NCBI GenBank assembly: GCA_013239625.1
Contig: MU053376.1
Coordinates: 1,822,833-1,845,400 of the forward strand
Source: Lama guanicoe
Taxonomy: Eukaryota
Direction: 5' to 3'
DNA: 22,568 nucleotides
Position 1 is the first letter of the stretch. Every line of letters begins with the position of its first letter. A program made the translations under genes and the position numbers. The notes beneath the pieces were generated by a model, which ran no database searches, had not been told where the DNA came from, and was given only the letters and a program-made list of their open reading frames with translations. Positions 9,627 to 20,400 of the stretch are shown piece by piece.

Positions 9627-9724
9627 TAACCTTTTCTTGTAAAAATGCATTAATCAGTGGCCAGGTGACCCAAAATAACCTTTTCTTGTAAAAATGCACT
9701 AATCAGTGGCCAGGTGACCCAAAA
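9627..9724. repeat. Direct tandem duplication, 2 x 49 bp, one mismatch
   Basis: TAACCTTTTCTTGTAAAAATGCA(T/C)TAATCAGTGGCCAGGTGACCCAAAA at 9627-9675 and 9676-9724; the only difference is T9650 vs C9699. Confidence 0.97.
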
Positions 9725-10179
9725 GGCATCATGAAAGTTGGAACCTTGTCTTGGCTGTCTGAGCCCAGATTCTGCATTTTGAATCATAGTGTGATGGGCA
9801 GGGTCTGAGTGCTCTCCCTGGAGAAGGTGACCTCACCAGCCATGGGCTCCACAGGAAGACAAAGCACAGAAAACAAAAGGACCCAAGAGCATGAGCTGGC
9901 CAAGACATGATACACCAGGAGCTTTAAGAAATACATCCTGTTTCTGAAGAGTTGGCAACAATTTCTCCAAACATTGAAACCCCTTGGAGATCTGCTCCTT
10001 TCCCCCACTAGTCTCTTTCTTGTGTTTATTTATTTTGGTGGGAGTAGGGGATGATGGGGGTAATTGGACCAGATCTTGTCAGATGAGTAAACTGCTCTTT
10101 TCGGAAACATCTTGGCTGAGGTGCTTATTTTGGACCAATCTTTCTTTGGGGCCATAAAAATTGAACTACAGGGTTCTAC

Positions 10180-10340
10180 AGAGGCAGCATGATTCTAGAG
10201 GAAAGCGTGCTGGATCTGGAGGCAGAAAGCTCAGGTTCTAGTTTGGCTTTGTCATTTACTACTGTGATTTTGGGAGGTAACTCATCTCAGGTCTGAAAGT
10301 CCCTAGTTGCCTCATCTGTAAAATGGGGACAGCAATTCTT
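10180..10340 (+). mobile_element. MIR SINE
   Basis: gaggcagcatg...gaaagcgtgctggatctggaggcagaa...ggttctag...gtcatttact..tgtgattttggg...cctcatctgtaaaatggggac. Confidence 0.8.
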
Positions 10341-10351
10341 GGTGCTGGTTA

Positions 10352-10580
10352 ATGATGATAATGATGATGGTTAGCATTTATTGAGTGCTTCCTATGTCTA
10401 AACTGTATTTTAAGTGCTTTACGCGTAGTCTTAACTCATGAAATCTCCCAACAGCCCTATAAGGTAACTACTATTATTATTCTCAATTGACAGATGAGGC
10501 ACAGGGAGGTTATATAACTTACTCCAAAGGACACAGCTTGTAAGTGATGATGGCAGAGTGTGAACCCAGGCTGACTTGCC
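10352..10580 (-). mobile_element. MIR SINE, near full length
   Basis: agcatttattgagtgcttcctatgt...aagtgcttt...caacagccctataaggtaactactattatt...acagatgaggcacagggaggtt...ccaaaggacacagcttgtaagtgatg...tgaacccaggc. Confidence 0.85.
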
Positions 10581-12527
10581 ACTATCGTGAGGCTCCCATG
10601 AAAGAATTCACTTCAAATGCCTTTGAAATTATGAAACGCTGTACACATTTAGTTGATTGTTACCACTTCTTGATGCACAAAGTTCCGAATGTCTTCGTAG
10701 TATACTTGTTCTGCCTACAATCTTGGTTTTTCTCATCTAGGAAATTAGGGGTTAAATTAGAAAATTTCTAAGGTCTTCCCCAGCTTTCATGGTTTATGAA
10801 TCTTGCTTATTTAAGATACTGAAAATGACAATTTTGTCCTTATTAAGCAGCCTCATTTCTAAGTACAAAACCCACTGTATTCTCTGAATGACACTCTCCC
10901 CAGTCCCAGGGCTTATCAGGCTGCTGTACACATACAGAGGGTGGACCCCAGTCGGGGCACAGTGGCAGCTGGCCAGGAGAACCATTGAAGTGATGCTTGG
11001 TTATGTATCATTATTTGATAGGAAAATGTGCCTCACAGCTGAAGAAATTGAGAGCAGGGATAGTTACTTGATGGGCCTAGAAGTGGACTTGTGCCTGGAT
11101 TACTAGGGACAATAAATGCTTTAATCAGGATAAATATATTAAAGCTGGGACTTCCAGTAAGCTCAGAGACTCACAGAATGAAAAAATTCTCTCCCTTTAC
11201 TAGTGTATATGGTTTTCCTCATCCATGTTGGTGGTGGGCCAGAGATGGAACTTGTGTAACTCTTGGTATTAGAGACATATATGTTGTGTGCAGAACTTGA
11301 ATTTAAAAGAAAAAGGGAGTTGGGTGATTGTCTTTAATTAAAATGAAAGAAATAAGGAAGTGGGAGGCTTTTAATCCCTGACATCTGGGCTGGGACATAC
11401 TGGGGGTAGGGGGTATGGGGGGTGGATGTGGATCTGGGTAGGGTTAATCTAGACATCTGGTCCGTGGGGTAAGTGACTTCAGGCTCTCCCAGGATGTAGG
11501 GTGGCCTCTTGCCTCTTATACCCCCTACATATGTTGGGCCCTTTGTCAGCTAAGGGATTTCTTTGTGGATTGTGATGAGAGATGCTGTAATACTGGAGAT
11601 GCTGGAGTTGAAGTGTTTCCACGTTTATGTTTGTTTTCTTTTCACCTAATGAGTAGGCTAAGTAACAGTCTGTTGCTTTAAAATGAGTACTATTAATAAT
11701 AGTGACAGCTCATATTTTTATCATTACAGCATTTACAAAATATCATTCACAGGGAGGGAGGGAGGGCTGTAGGGCAGTGGAGGACTAGCTACATAATGTT
11801 GGACAATTTGTTGGGATTTTCAGCTGGAAAGATGGATTACTAGTTCCTTGCTTCATCATTTTTAGGACTGTTACCCCACAATGATTATCATAAAATGAGT
11901 TGACACAAAGAGTTTACATGTTGATTACTGTCCTGAGGGAAGGCTAGAAACCAGAGAGTGGATACCATAGCTTCCTTCTCCTCATCTCTCCTACTTCCTG
12001 GGCTAAGGTTTCATCTTTAAATGACGTTAATAGGCTTTGTGTTTCAGACGTCCTTGGAGTAGGTTGTGCTGTATCTCTCTATCAATCTTTTTGAGTCAGT
12101 GATTGTGATGCTAAGTTATCTCAGCTCTTTGCTGTCAGCAATTTTAAACAAAACCTCGAAACATCTTGGGTAGCTGGTATCTGTTGCTTTGGTTAATGAC
12201 GTTCTTGATCAGGATATTTTAAGACCAGTGACAAGCCAATTTTAAAACACCTAGTCCTCTTTTTAAAAAACTACAGTCGAGGCCCCACTGCCAAAGCCTG
12301 AAACCCATCCGTGCCAGTGAGCTCTTTCTGAGAGTCCGTGTGTGCGTGGGAGCTCTCTTTCCCTCGGGCCAGGGAGCAGGACTGGCAGCCCAGAAATGCT
12401 AGCTCTCCTGGATTCAGCAGCAAAAAGAGTTAATCATTGTCCAGGCAGAAACAATCCTCCCCAGTTTTTAATCTTCTGTTGCCTCAAGTCTCTGCCTTGT
12501 TCTTCATAGAAGACAAGGCACTTGTGG

Positions 12528-12547
12528 ACACACACACACACACACAC
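12528..12547. repeat. (AC)10 microsatellite
   Basis: acacacacacacacacacac read directly. Confidence 0.95.
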
Positions 12548-13324
12548 TCTTACAAAACTTATTGTAAAACGATCTCATGTTTATGAGAGCTGGAATTACT
12601 TGGGAGGGATACTTGCGTTCTGCAAGCGCAGTGGGCATGATGTGAAAGCCGGCTATTTGGCCTGTGGAGATTACAGATAAAAGCGTGATATGTAATTGAG
12701 TAAGAATTTGAAAAATTATCCGATAACATTAGGAGCAGCAAAGCACTCGCTTGTGCTTTTTTTTTTTTTTAATGCGAAAAGTATTTGGAGGAGGAGTAAG
12801 GAGTTAGCATTGTTTTCAGGGCGTGGGAACCCCTCCCCACCCCACGAGTCAAATATGTTTGCCCAGGCAGAGAGTGTGAGGTCTCTGAGAGATCCTGACA
12901 GATCATTTAGTACATTCTTCTGCCTCGGGGCAATTCTTCAGTCTAATCATTTCAGGAAAAGGGCTGTCAGCTAACCTTTAAAATCTTTTCCAGAAGAGTA
13001 CACCACAGCCTACCTTTCCATCTTGTTCCAGTGACCCAAACTGTAAATGGTCAATTCCTTCCTTTGCAGAGCGAGAAACAGGATAACAAAGGAGGCCTGA
13101 TGAATTGAACTCATGTTTTTCCTGCCTCCGCCACACCCTCTGTACAGACCTTTGCTTCATCTGGGTTCTCGGTGGCTCAGGGAAGGAGGTCCCTGATGAA
13201 TCCTCCAAGGCGTTGGCTCGCACCTGCTGGGGTGTTCTTCTTCCCAGCCCCCTCCCCTCTTCACTTCCACCAGTTTCGGTTCACCTTGTATTAAACAAAA
13301 AGATCAAGAACTAATTTCAAGGCA

Positions 13325-13590
13325 CCCATTTGTTTACCACCTACTATGTGCTTGATGTAGGCTAGGTTGTGGGCATAAATAACAAGATTTTGGTTTTCAA
13401 GGTGCTTCAGCCTATTAAAAGGAATGGACAGATTACACAGGTACAGTGATGGGACCAGAGTGGAGGGATACAGAAGGCCCAGCGGCAAGAGAACAGACTG
13501 ACAAAGAGTAACGTTGATGAGGCTGGTGGGGGAGGAGGCTGGTGAATGCCTCTCAGTACTAATACAGCAGTCTGAGAAGTGCCTTATCAC
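13325..13590 (-). mobile_element. Degenerate LINE-2 3' fragment
   Basis: catttgtttaccacctactatgtgcttg...aacaagattt...ttcaaggtgcttcagcct resembles a reverse L2 end. Confidence 0.5.
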
Positions 13591-13674
13591 ACTCTATTTC
13601 ATTTAAACTCTGAATGATTCTACAACAGGGCAATGTGATTTCAGGCCTTTTTTGTTTTGGTTTTTTTTTTTGTC

Positions 13675-14400
13675 TTTTTGAAATATTTTATCTTGAGGTC
13701 ATTATACATTGACATGCAGTCGTCAGAAATAATTAAGAGAGATTTGCACGTACCCTTTAGTTTCTCTCAATGGTTAACATCTTGCAAAACCAGCACAGTG
13801 TCACAGCCAGAACGCTTTCATTGTTGATACAGTCAGACAGCTGGACATCACTAAAGGAGCCCCTCATGTTGGCCTGTTATAGTCCTGTCTCCCGCTTCAC
13901 CTCCTCATCTCACTTCCCTTAGTCCTTAGTCCTTAACTCCTGGAAACTCTAATTGGTTGCCCACACCTATAAGCCTGTCCTGTCAAGACTTATATAAATG
14001 GAATCATATAGTATAAGGCCTTTTAGGATTGGCTTTTAAAAAATTTTTTTGAATGGGGGGAGGTAATTAGGTTTACTGATTTATTTACTTTTAGAGGAGG
14101 TACTGGTGGTTGAACTCAGGACCTTGTGTATGCTAAGCATGTACCCTACCAGTTGAGCTATACCTTCCCCCTCAGGATTGCTTTTTTTTTACTCAGTGTG
14201 ATTCTCTGGTGATCCATCCAGTTGTGTGTATCACTAGTTAATTCTGTTTTATTGCTGAATAGCATTCCATTGTATGGCTATACCACAGTTTGTTAACCTG
14301 TTTACCCTATGAAGGATAGCTGGGTTGTTTCCAGTTTTTGGCTATTATGAATAAAGTGTCTGTGAATGTTCATGTCCAGATTTTTGTGTAAATTGGTGTT
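13675..14400 (-). mobile_element. Ancient L1 (L1MC-like) 3' fragment interrupted by a vic-1-like SINE
   Basis: tatataaatggaatcatatagtat...[SINE]...tttttattgctgaatagcattccattgtatggctataccacagtttg...ctgggttgtttccagtttttggctattatgaataaag; the 5' side gcagtcgtcagaaataat...aatggttaacatcttgcaaaac is L1MC-like. Confidence 0.85.
14043..14171 (-). mobile_element. tRNA-Ala-derived SINE (camelid vic-1-like), antisense to SRGAP2
   Basis: Reverse complement reads GGGGGAAGGTATAGCTCAACTGGTAGGGTACATGCTTAGCATACACAAGGTCCTGAGTTCAACCACCAGTACCTCCTC...aaacctaattacctcccccc. Imperfect TSD AGGATTG(G)CTTTT at ~14025-14037 and ~14174-14185. Confidence 0.88.
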
Positions 14401-14427
14401 TTTTTAAAGTAGAAGTTTTTTTTTAAT

Positions 14428-14650
14428 GGAAAGATTGTGGATTAAAGGTGAAAAATCTGTTTTGCCATTCACTAGGAAGCAATGTATATATATTCTTGAA
14501 ATTAATCATTTAACTTCTTGAGTCTCAATTTTTTCATCAATGAAATGACATAATATATGTTCTGCCTACATCCCAGGGTTCTTGAATTGATAAACTGAAA
14601 TAATATATGGCAACAAACGTTATATATATAAACTATAATAAAATGTAAAC
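14428..14650 (+). mobile_element. Degenerate MIR
   Basis: aatcatttaacttcttgagtctcaattttttcatcaatgaaatg...ctgcctacatcccagggtt. Confidence 0.6.
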
Positions 14651-14764
14651 ATTTCTAAGTAGGACAAGATGCCATCTTACTATGGTCTCTAGGAGAATAT
14701 GAGCTGGAGCTTTGCCCAGAGAAGTTCTTGAATTGCAGTCTAGAGATAGCTTTTTTAGATGGTC

Positions 14765-15245
14765 TTTCTTTTTCTTATTATTGATTTGTGGGTGTTTCTT
14801 ATATTCCAGTTACTTATATTTTACTGGTGTTATGGTTGCATATATCTTCTCCTAGAGTTGGCTTCTCTTTTCATTGTTTTTATTGGATTGTTTGATACAT
14901 AAGAAATTTTAAATTTTAATATACTCAAATCTATCTGGTTTCTCCTTTATTGTTTGAACTTATTTAAAAATGCACATACACACAACCTTCCCTATCCTGA
15001 AATCATAAGGATATTCCCCAGTGTGTTCTTCTAAAGGTTTTTAAGTTTCCCTTCTCACATATCTGCCTTGAATAATTGCAGAATTTATTTTTGTGAATGG
15101 TGTGAGGTAGGGATCTGACTTTATTTTGTATTCTGTCTGGCTTACCATTTGTTCTGGTTCCACTTATTGAAAGGGGCCATCTTTTCCCCCATTGGTTTGT
15201 AATGTCACATTTGGACTTGTTTATCGAGTTTCCACATATTTGTGG
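14765..15245 (-). mobile_element. Ancient L1 (L1ME-like) ORF2-region fragment
   Basis: ttattgatttgtggg..ttcttatattc...gaatttatttttgtgaatggtgtgaggtagggatct...cacttattgaaagg..catcttttcccccattg is reverse L1 ORF2-like. Confidence 0.75.
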
Positions 15246-15289
15246 CCATCATGCTGTAGTACATTAACACTGTGCCACCAAAGACGTGT

Positions 15290-15472
15290 GGCAGGGGCTG
15301 CTGGTGAAGAGTTAAATGTCTCCCTCCTGACATAGGCAGTGGTAGGCTGTCACCACGGCTCCAACCAGGACAGCTCTGCTTTCATGTTTGCTATATTGGA
15401 TGTCCACCTAAGATTTTATTTGAAGAACTTCTTACACTTAACATTTTTTTAAATGCTTTCAAAACTACAGTT
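15290..15472. mobile_element. Probable hAT-Charlie non-autonomous DNA transposon remnant (MER112-like)
   Basis: cagctctgctttcatgtttgctatattggatgtccacctaagattttatttgaag...tttcaaaactacag resembles my recollection of Charlie-type MER ends (...TTTGAAAACCACTG). The subfamily is uncertain. Confidence 0.45.
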
Positions 15473-16084
15473 TTAGTAAATTATATGTTGGAAAGTATTT
15501 CAGGTACCTAGGGGTCTTCTCTCGTCTTGGGTTGGATTCCAAGGGTAAGCCACGTGGAAGTCAGGATCTAGCAATCAGGGGAGAATGTGTTTGCCGAATA
15601 AATACATGATTCTGTGATTGTCAGTGGTCCCAAATATGTCACCTGTGCCACAAATAATTAATATGTAGGTTCCCTGAGAGATTTGGAGCTGTCTAGAGTC
15701 TAGTGGGTATCCTCTACGATCACAGAAACCAGTGGAGAAAAACAATGTATACGAAAAGAAATTAAAAAAAATAATTTAACTCATAGTAATACAGGAAATG
15801 ACATCAGCCAGTGGATGACTGAAAATGAGTAGTGTTGGTAAGAACTTGAGGAATTCAGAGATCGGAGAGGTGTGGGCTAGAATGAATAAGACCTTGACTT
15901 ATGGAGTAGGATTTGGCTCACTGGAGAGTAGGAGGAAAGAACAGAGGCAGTGTGTGCGCTTCCCTCGGTGGTGTTGCCCCCTCCAACCATGCTCACCCCT
16001 CCTGCATCACTTCCTACACCGTAAATACAATGATGATTCTATCCACCCTCACCCCACCCTGTGTCCCTTCCTGCAGACACACAC

Positions 16085-16212
16085 TCCTTACCAGAAAGGC
16101 GCTTGTGAGTTCTTTCAGGGTGGGCAGCCTTTCATCCCCATATTCCCAGCATCCAGCACCATTCTGGCATGTGGTGGGCACCCAAAAAATGTTTGCTGAG
16201 TGAGTGAGTGAG
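16085..16212 (+). mobile_element. LINE-2 3' terminus
   Basis: gtgagttctttcaggg...tattcccagcatccagcaccattctggcatgtggtgggcacccaaaaaatgtttgctgagtgagtgagtgag. Confidence 0.75.
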
Positions 16213-16477
16213 TAGACTTTGGCTGGAGCCGAGGAGTCAGAGACAGGGGAGTAAGATCGGGCTCGATGGGTTTTGATGATCCTGAAGTTCAGCCACAGTC
16301 TGGCTCTGTGCTGACGCACTGGAGAACAATAGAGGCAGTCTGGGTTGAAAAATGGGGCTGTGCAGTCGTGTGTCAAGAGACTCCCTGCTTACTCTGGGCT
16401 GGGAAGGGAGGCTTGCTCTTGCCCACACTGTGTACACTAGGCTGTTGCTAAATGTGACCAACTCTTAGCGCCACTGA

Positions 16478-16605
16478 TGAGGGAAGTGTGATTCTCCATT
16501 TACTGATCTAGCAACTTGTGCTCAGACAGATGAACCAAGATGACAGATGACCTGGGGTGGAGTGGTGACTGAGACCCAGGTCTGTTTGACTCCAAAGCTG
16601 GCTTT
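16478..16605 (-). mobile_element. MIR fragment
   Basis: attctccatttactgat...gagtggtgactgagacccaggtctgtttgactccaaagct matches a reverse MIR head. Confidence 0.55.
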
Positions 16606-17799
16606 TTCTTTTCCCTTTAGTATCCTGTTTGTCCACGTGATAGTCAGAGACACCACCGAGGTGGGAAAATGGGCCACAGAAATGGTTGTGGGAGCCAGGG
16701 GCGAGGGAGGAGTTGGGGATGCCTGAGGTTTCTAGCTCGGGAGACAGAGAGGACAATGGTAGCGATGGCAGAAATAGATACGGGGAATTTGGGAGGAGAC
16801 GCTGCACTTGCTGAGAGAGCTTTATCATAGACATCCTGAGTTTGAGGTGACAGTTCCATTCTAGCAGGAGTTGCATCAGGCAAGTGACAGTGCCATCCTT
16901 TCCTTACTCCCCCTACCCCACTTTCATTAAATCTGTCATCTTCCTTTCTTCTAAATTGGGAATGTTGCAGAGACACTGTGAGCTAGATGACACCTCGTGT
17001 ACATGCCAAATACCTGACCTCATTTGCAGCTTCCTTATATTTCAGTTTGAGAAATGTTCTCCTTTGGAAGGGACTTAACGTTCGTGTTTGGGAATTAATA
17101 GCATTTCTTTCCTTGTGCCCTGTAAGGGATGAGCTCGGCTAAACAAGGAAAGGAAAAACTCGAGTTCTGAGCTGCTCTGTTCTCCTCTGATAAGCCTCTC
17201 TGGCCCTGAGATTTGGTCAGAGGCCCCTTTTAAGGGTCAGCCTGTGAATGAAAGAAAAGTTAAGTCACCCCCCTCCACCACCTGAGCTCCCACGGTTGAT
17301 GGAGAGCTGGCAAGTGAACAAGTTATTTTAAAAGCATCCCAGGGAGTGTGGGAGAGGCTGAGTTCAGCACAATGTGACTGGGTGGTGCTGGTGCTGTTTC
17401 GAGGTGTGGAGGCAGGAGTGGCTCATGGTCTTAATTTGAATAACTTTGGGATGGCGAGATAGAGGGTTTGATGGGAGATTGGGAGGTGGAATTTGTTGAG
17501 AGAGGAGACCAGGCTAAAGCTATTTATGGGAAAATATAATTCAGATATTGGCAATTGAACTGAACGTTTTCCATCATCACCTCCAAAGACTTTGAATTTT
17601 TAGCGTTATTTCTATTTTGAGCAGAATGGCCTGTGATTGCTTCTCATCCAATGTGTTGAATCCAAGGAGATTGTAGGAATTATTATTTTCCTTTTTTTTT
17701 TTTTTCTGATTAACAAAGATTGCCCACAGTTAGCTTGGGAATTTTAGGCAACCAAATTTTAAGCAGTGTGGTAGGAAAAAAAAACCACCCAAGTGGAGG

Positions 17800-17980
17800 A
17801 TAGAAGGCTTGCCTACCAGGCCTGGCTCTGACCCTTGCATTAACATGGCCCTGGGTAAACCCCTAACCTCTCCTGGCCTCAGCTTCTTCAGATATAAGAT
17901 GAGCATGTGATAAGCACACGTAGGGGTTGCTGTGTTGATTAAATAGTCTGATGCTTGCACGTCTGCTTTGTAAATTTCAC
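17800..17980 (+). mobile_element. MIR fragment
   Basis: cctggctctgac...ggccctgggtaaaccc.taacctctcctggcctcagcttcttcagatataagatg...gtaggggttgctgtg. Confidence 0.7.
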
Positions 17981-18504
17981 AGCCCAAGCAAATATACATT
18001 CAGATTTTTATTTGCTGTGACAGAAAATGGTGGGCAGCCTCCTGGAGTGTGTTTTAATGGGACTTGACCTAAATAACATTGACTCAGATGTTTGTTAAAG
18101 TGAGTCACCCATTGCCTTCTGGGCCATACTTGAAATGACATGCCGTGTTACGGTGAACCTCTTTTGCACCGCCCCAAGTTTAGGTTGCTCTTACACAATT
18201 TGGGCAAGATTTATGTGCACACCCATTCTTCCCCCTTAGGAACAGAACAGTGACTTGGGCAGGGTAGACATCGGGAAAGTGACTCAGCAGGCAAATATGT
18301 GATTAATAATGTAGATTTGGCCTAAATATTGGTATGGGCCTCTGTACATGGACGGGTAAATTAGAAACTACAAGTCTGCCAAGTAGAGCATGTTGGGGAA
18401 CCTACTGGGCTCTGTCTGTGCTTGAAGGGTCCCGTGCTGGTGCTGTAGTCCGTACTAAATACATACATACCATTTGCACTACTTTGCACTTATATATTAG
18501 TACA

Positions 18505-18644
18505 TATTTCTCACCTACTAAACTGTGAGTTCCTTTAAGGCAGGCACTGTCCCTGTTTATGCTTGCTTTTCTGCCAACTACTGTGGTGCTTTGGCACATT
18601 GTAAATGTTTACTGGTTTATTGGATAAATGAATGAATGAATGAA
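18505..18644 (+). mobile_element. LINE-2 3' terminus
   Basis: ctactaaactgtgagttcctttaaggcaggcactgtc...tggcacattgtaaatg...taaatgaatgaatgaatgaa, with the (GAAT)n tail typical of L2. Confidence 0.8.
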
Positions 18645-19411
18645 ACTTGTACATTTATTCTGCTAAAGGGATTTTTGTGGAAGGTGTAGAAGTGTGATTA
18701 TTTGTGCTGTCATCTGCTAATTTTTATAGATGTCTTCTCAGCTGTAGAAGAGAAGACCTCACTGTGGGGAGAGACCCATATTTAGGGAAAGCTGGGTGGT
18801 GGCAGCTGCTGCCTCCTGCTTCATTCATCCGCCTCCGGCCAGGCTGCCTTGGCCTGATGGTGCAGTGGTGAGCAGTGACTCAACACCGCCCTGTGGTCTC
18901 TTAATAGAGTAATGGCCTCCCTCAGCCCCCATCCCCTTTGCCTCCCTTCTACCTTGGGCCATCTTTCTCATATACACCTATGTCTTCTTCATTATACTTC
19001 TTCCTTCCCTTCCCTTCCCTTTTCCAATGCTTATTCACTTATCAAGGATGTCTTTTCAAACTCTTCTCATTGACAGCTCATTCCTCATCATGAGTTAAAA
19101 CCCAAACTAAACATCCTTCCCCCGACAGACCTTAATCATGGCAGATGAACTTGAGAAGCACTAGCAATGAACCTGAGAGGAGGAAAGCCCCTCCACAAGG
19201 CTGGCAGTGAAGTGAAAGCAATAAAGCACCAGCTTGTCAATGCTGCAAATGTCTAAATGTTCCCCTAAGCCTCCTCTTTTTGAATCCCTAAAAGTTCCCA
19301 TTCACCTCCTCTTATGAAATTTCTTCTGTCTCAGGCACCAGTCTTAAACAACAAAGCAAACAAAACCCTCCACACCTATTTCTTATTCAGTTTTGCACCG
19401 GTGGGAAGAGA

Positions 19412-19612
19412 AGAGGATTTGGAGTCAGAAGCCTAACATTAGAGTCCTGTTGCCACTTAGCTGTGTGACTCTGAGGAAGTTTCTAGGCTTTCTGTGCCTC
19501 AGTTTCCTCAGCTGTTAACAATATCACCACGTCCTGCCAAATATCACCTGTCCACAGTGTCATGGTGAAGTTTATATATATGAAAAACTCTTTGTAGCTA
19601 ATAAAGCACCAT
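19412..19612 (+). mobile_element. MIR SINE
   Basis: ggatttggagtcagaa...tgccacttagctgtgtgactctgaggaagtttct...tctgtgcctcagtttcctcagctgt. Confidence 0.8.
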
Positions 19613-19819
19613 ATGCATGTTGGGTATTTCTACTGTTACACTGGTTTTTCTGTATCATGGTTCCTTTGCACATACTCCATATTTCAGTTACATTGTGGGC
19701 TAAGTCACTTTTCTGCTAGCCTGGGAACTGAAACACTATCTTGTGTCTTTTATAGTGAAGTGTGTTTGAACTTCAAACACAGTTTACAAATAATCTTATT
19801 ATGCAACATACTCTATTGG

Positions 19820-19960
19820 TGGATTAATTGAGAGCTGTCTCTCCATTGTTAGGTGTGGGTAACAGGAACTCTATTTCATACTTCTTCTGTACGTGCCCCT
19901 GATGCTTTACACAGTGTTGGGCATTTAATAGGTGATTAAGACATACAATTGTTGATCATT
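19820..19960 (+). mobile_element. Degenerate LINE-2 3' terminus
   Basis: acacagtgttgggcatttaataggtgattaa...attgttga resembles an L2 end. Confidence 0.5.
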
Positions 19961-20311
19961 TGAAAAGCAATCTTAATCATGACCTGGAATCATTCTTATT
20001 TAGCAGCAATCTCTGTGTCTTGACTTGATCTAAAACTGAATCATTTATTATGGAGCCAAGAATGGGAAATTGTAGGTCCTTCTTATACATCAGTTTTGGT
20101 CTTGCAAACTCCAAAGGTGGATATGTTTGGGTAAAGGAAATCAAATCTGCTTGCAAAAATGTACAAAACAATGGCATGTGTCTGCCTGTTCCTTAGGGTG
20201 ATTCTTTTTTTATGACAAACTGTCTTTTTTTTTTTTCAATTTAATATATAAAGCAGCACTTTAATTCTGAAGAGGTCTGTAGTGAACACGATGGTTAACC
20301 TGAAAATCATC

Positions 20312-20400
20312 TTTTTTTAATGAACTAGCTTATTTAATTTTTACCATTTTTAAGTGTACGGCTCAGTGGCATAACGTACATTCACATTGTTATGCAAACG
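20312..20400 (-). mobile_element. Short L1MA/MB 3' terminal fragment
   Basis: accatttttaagtgtacggctcagtggcataacgtacattcacattgttatgcaa, homologous to 5931-5975. Confidence 0.75.

Noticed and set aside
9627..9724. CRISPR-like repeat
   Set aside because: Only two abutting copies with no spacer, in a mammalian intron. It is a simple tandem duplication.
15490..15510. Recursive splice site candidate tttcag|gtac
   Set aside because: There is no adequate polypyrimidine tract and the regenerated donor is weak.
15825..16976. Cluster of 96-124-aa ORFs on both strands
   Set aside because: They overlap L2 and MIR remnants, appear in several frames, and show no recognisable protein similarity.
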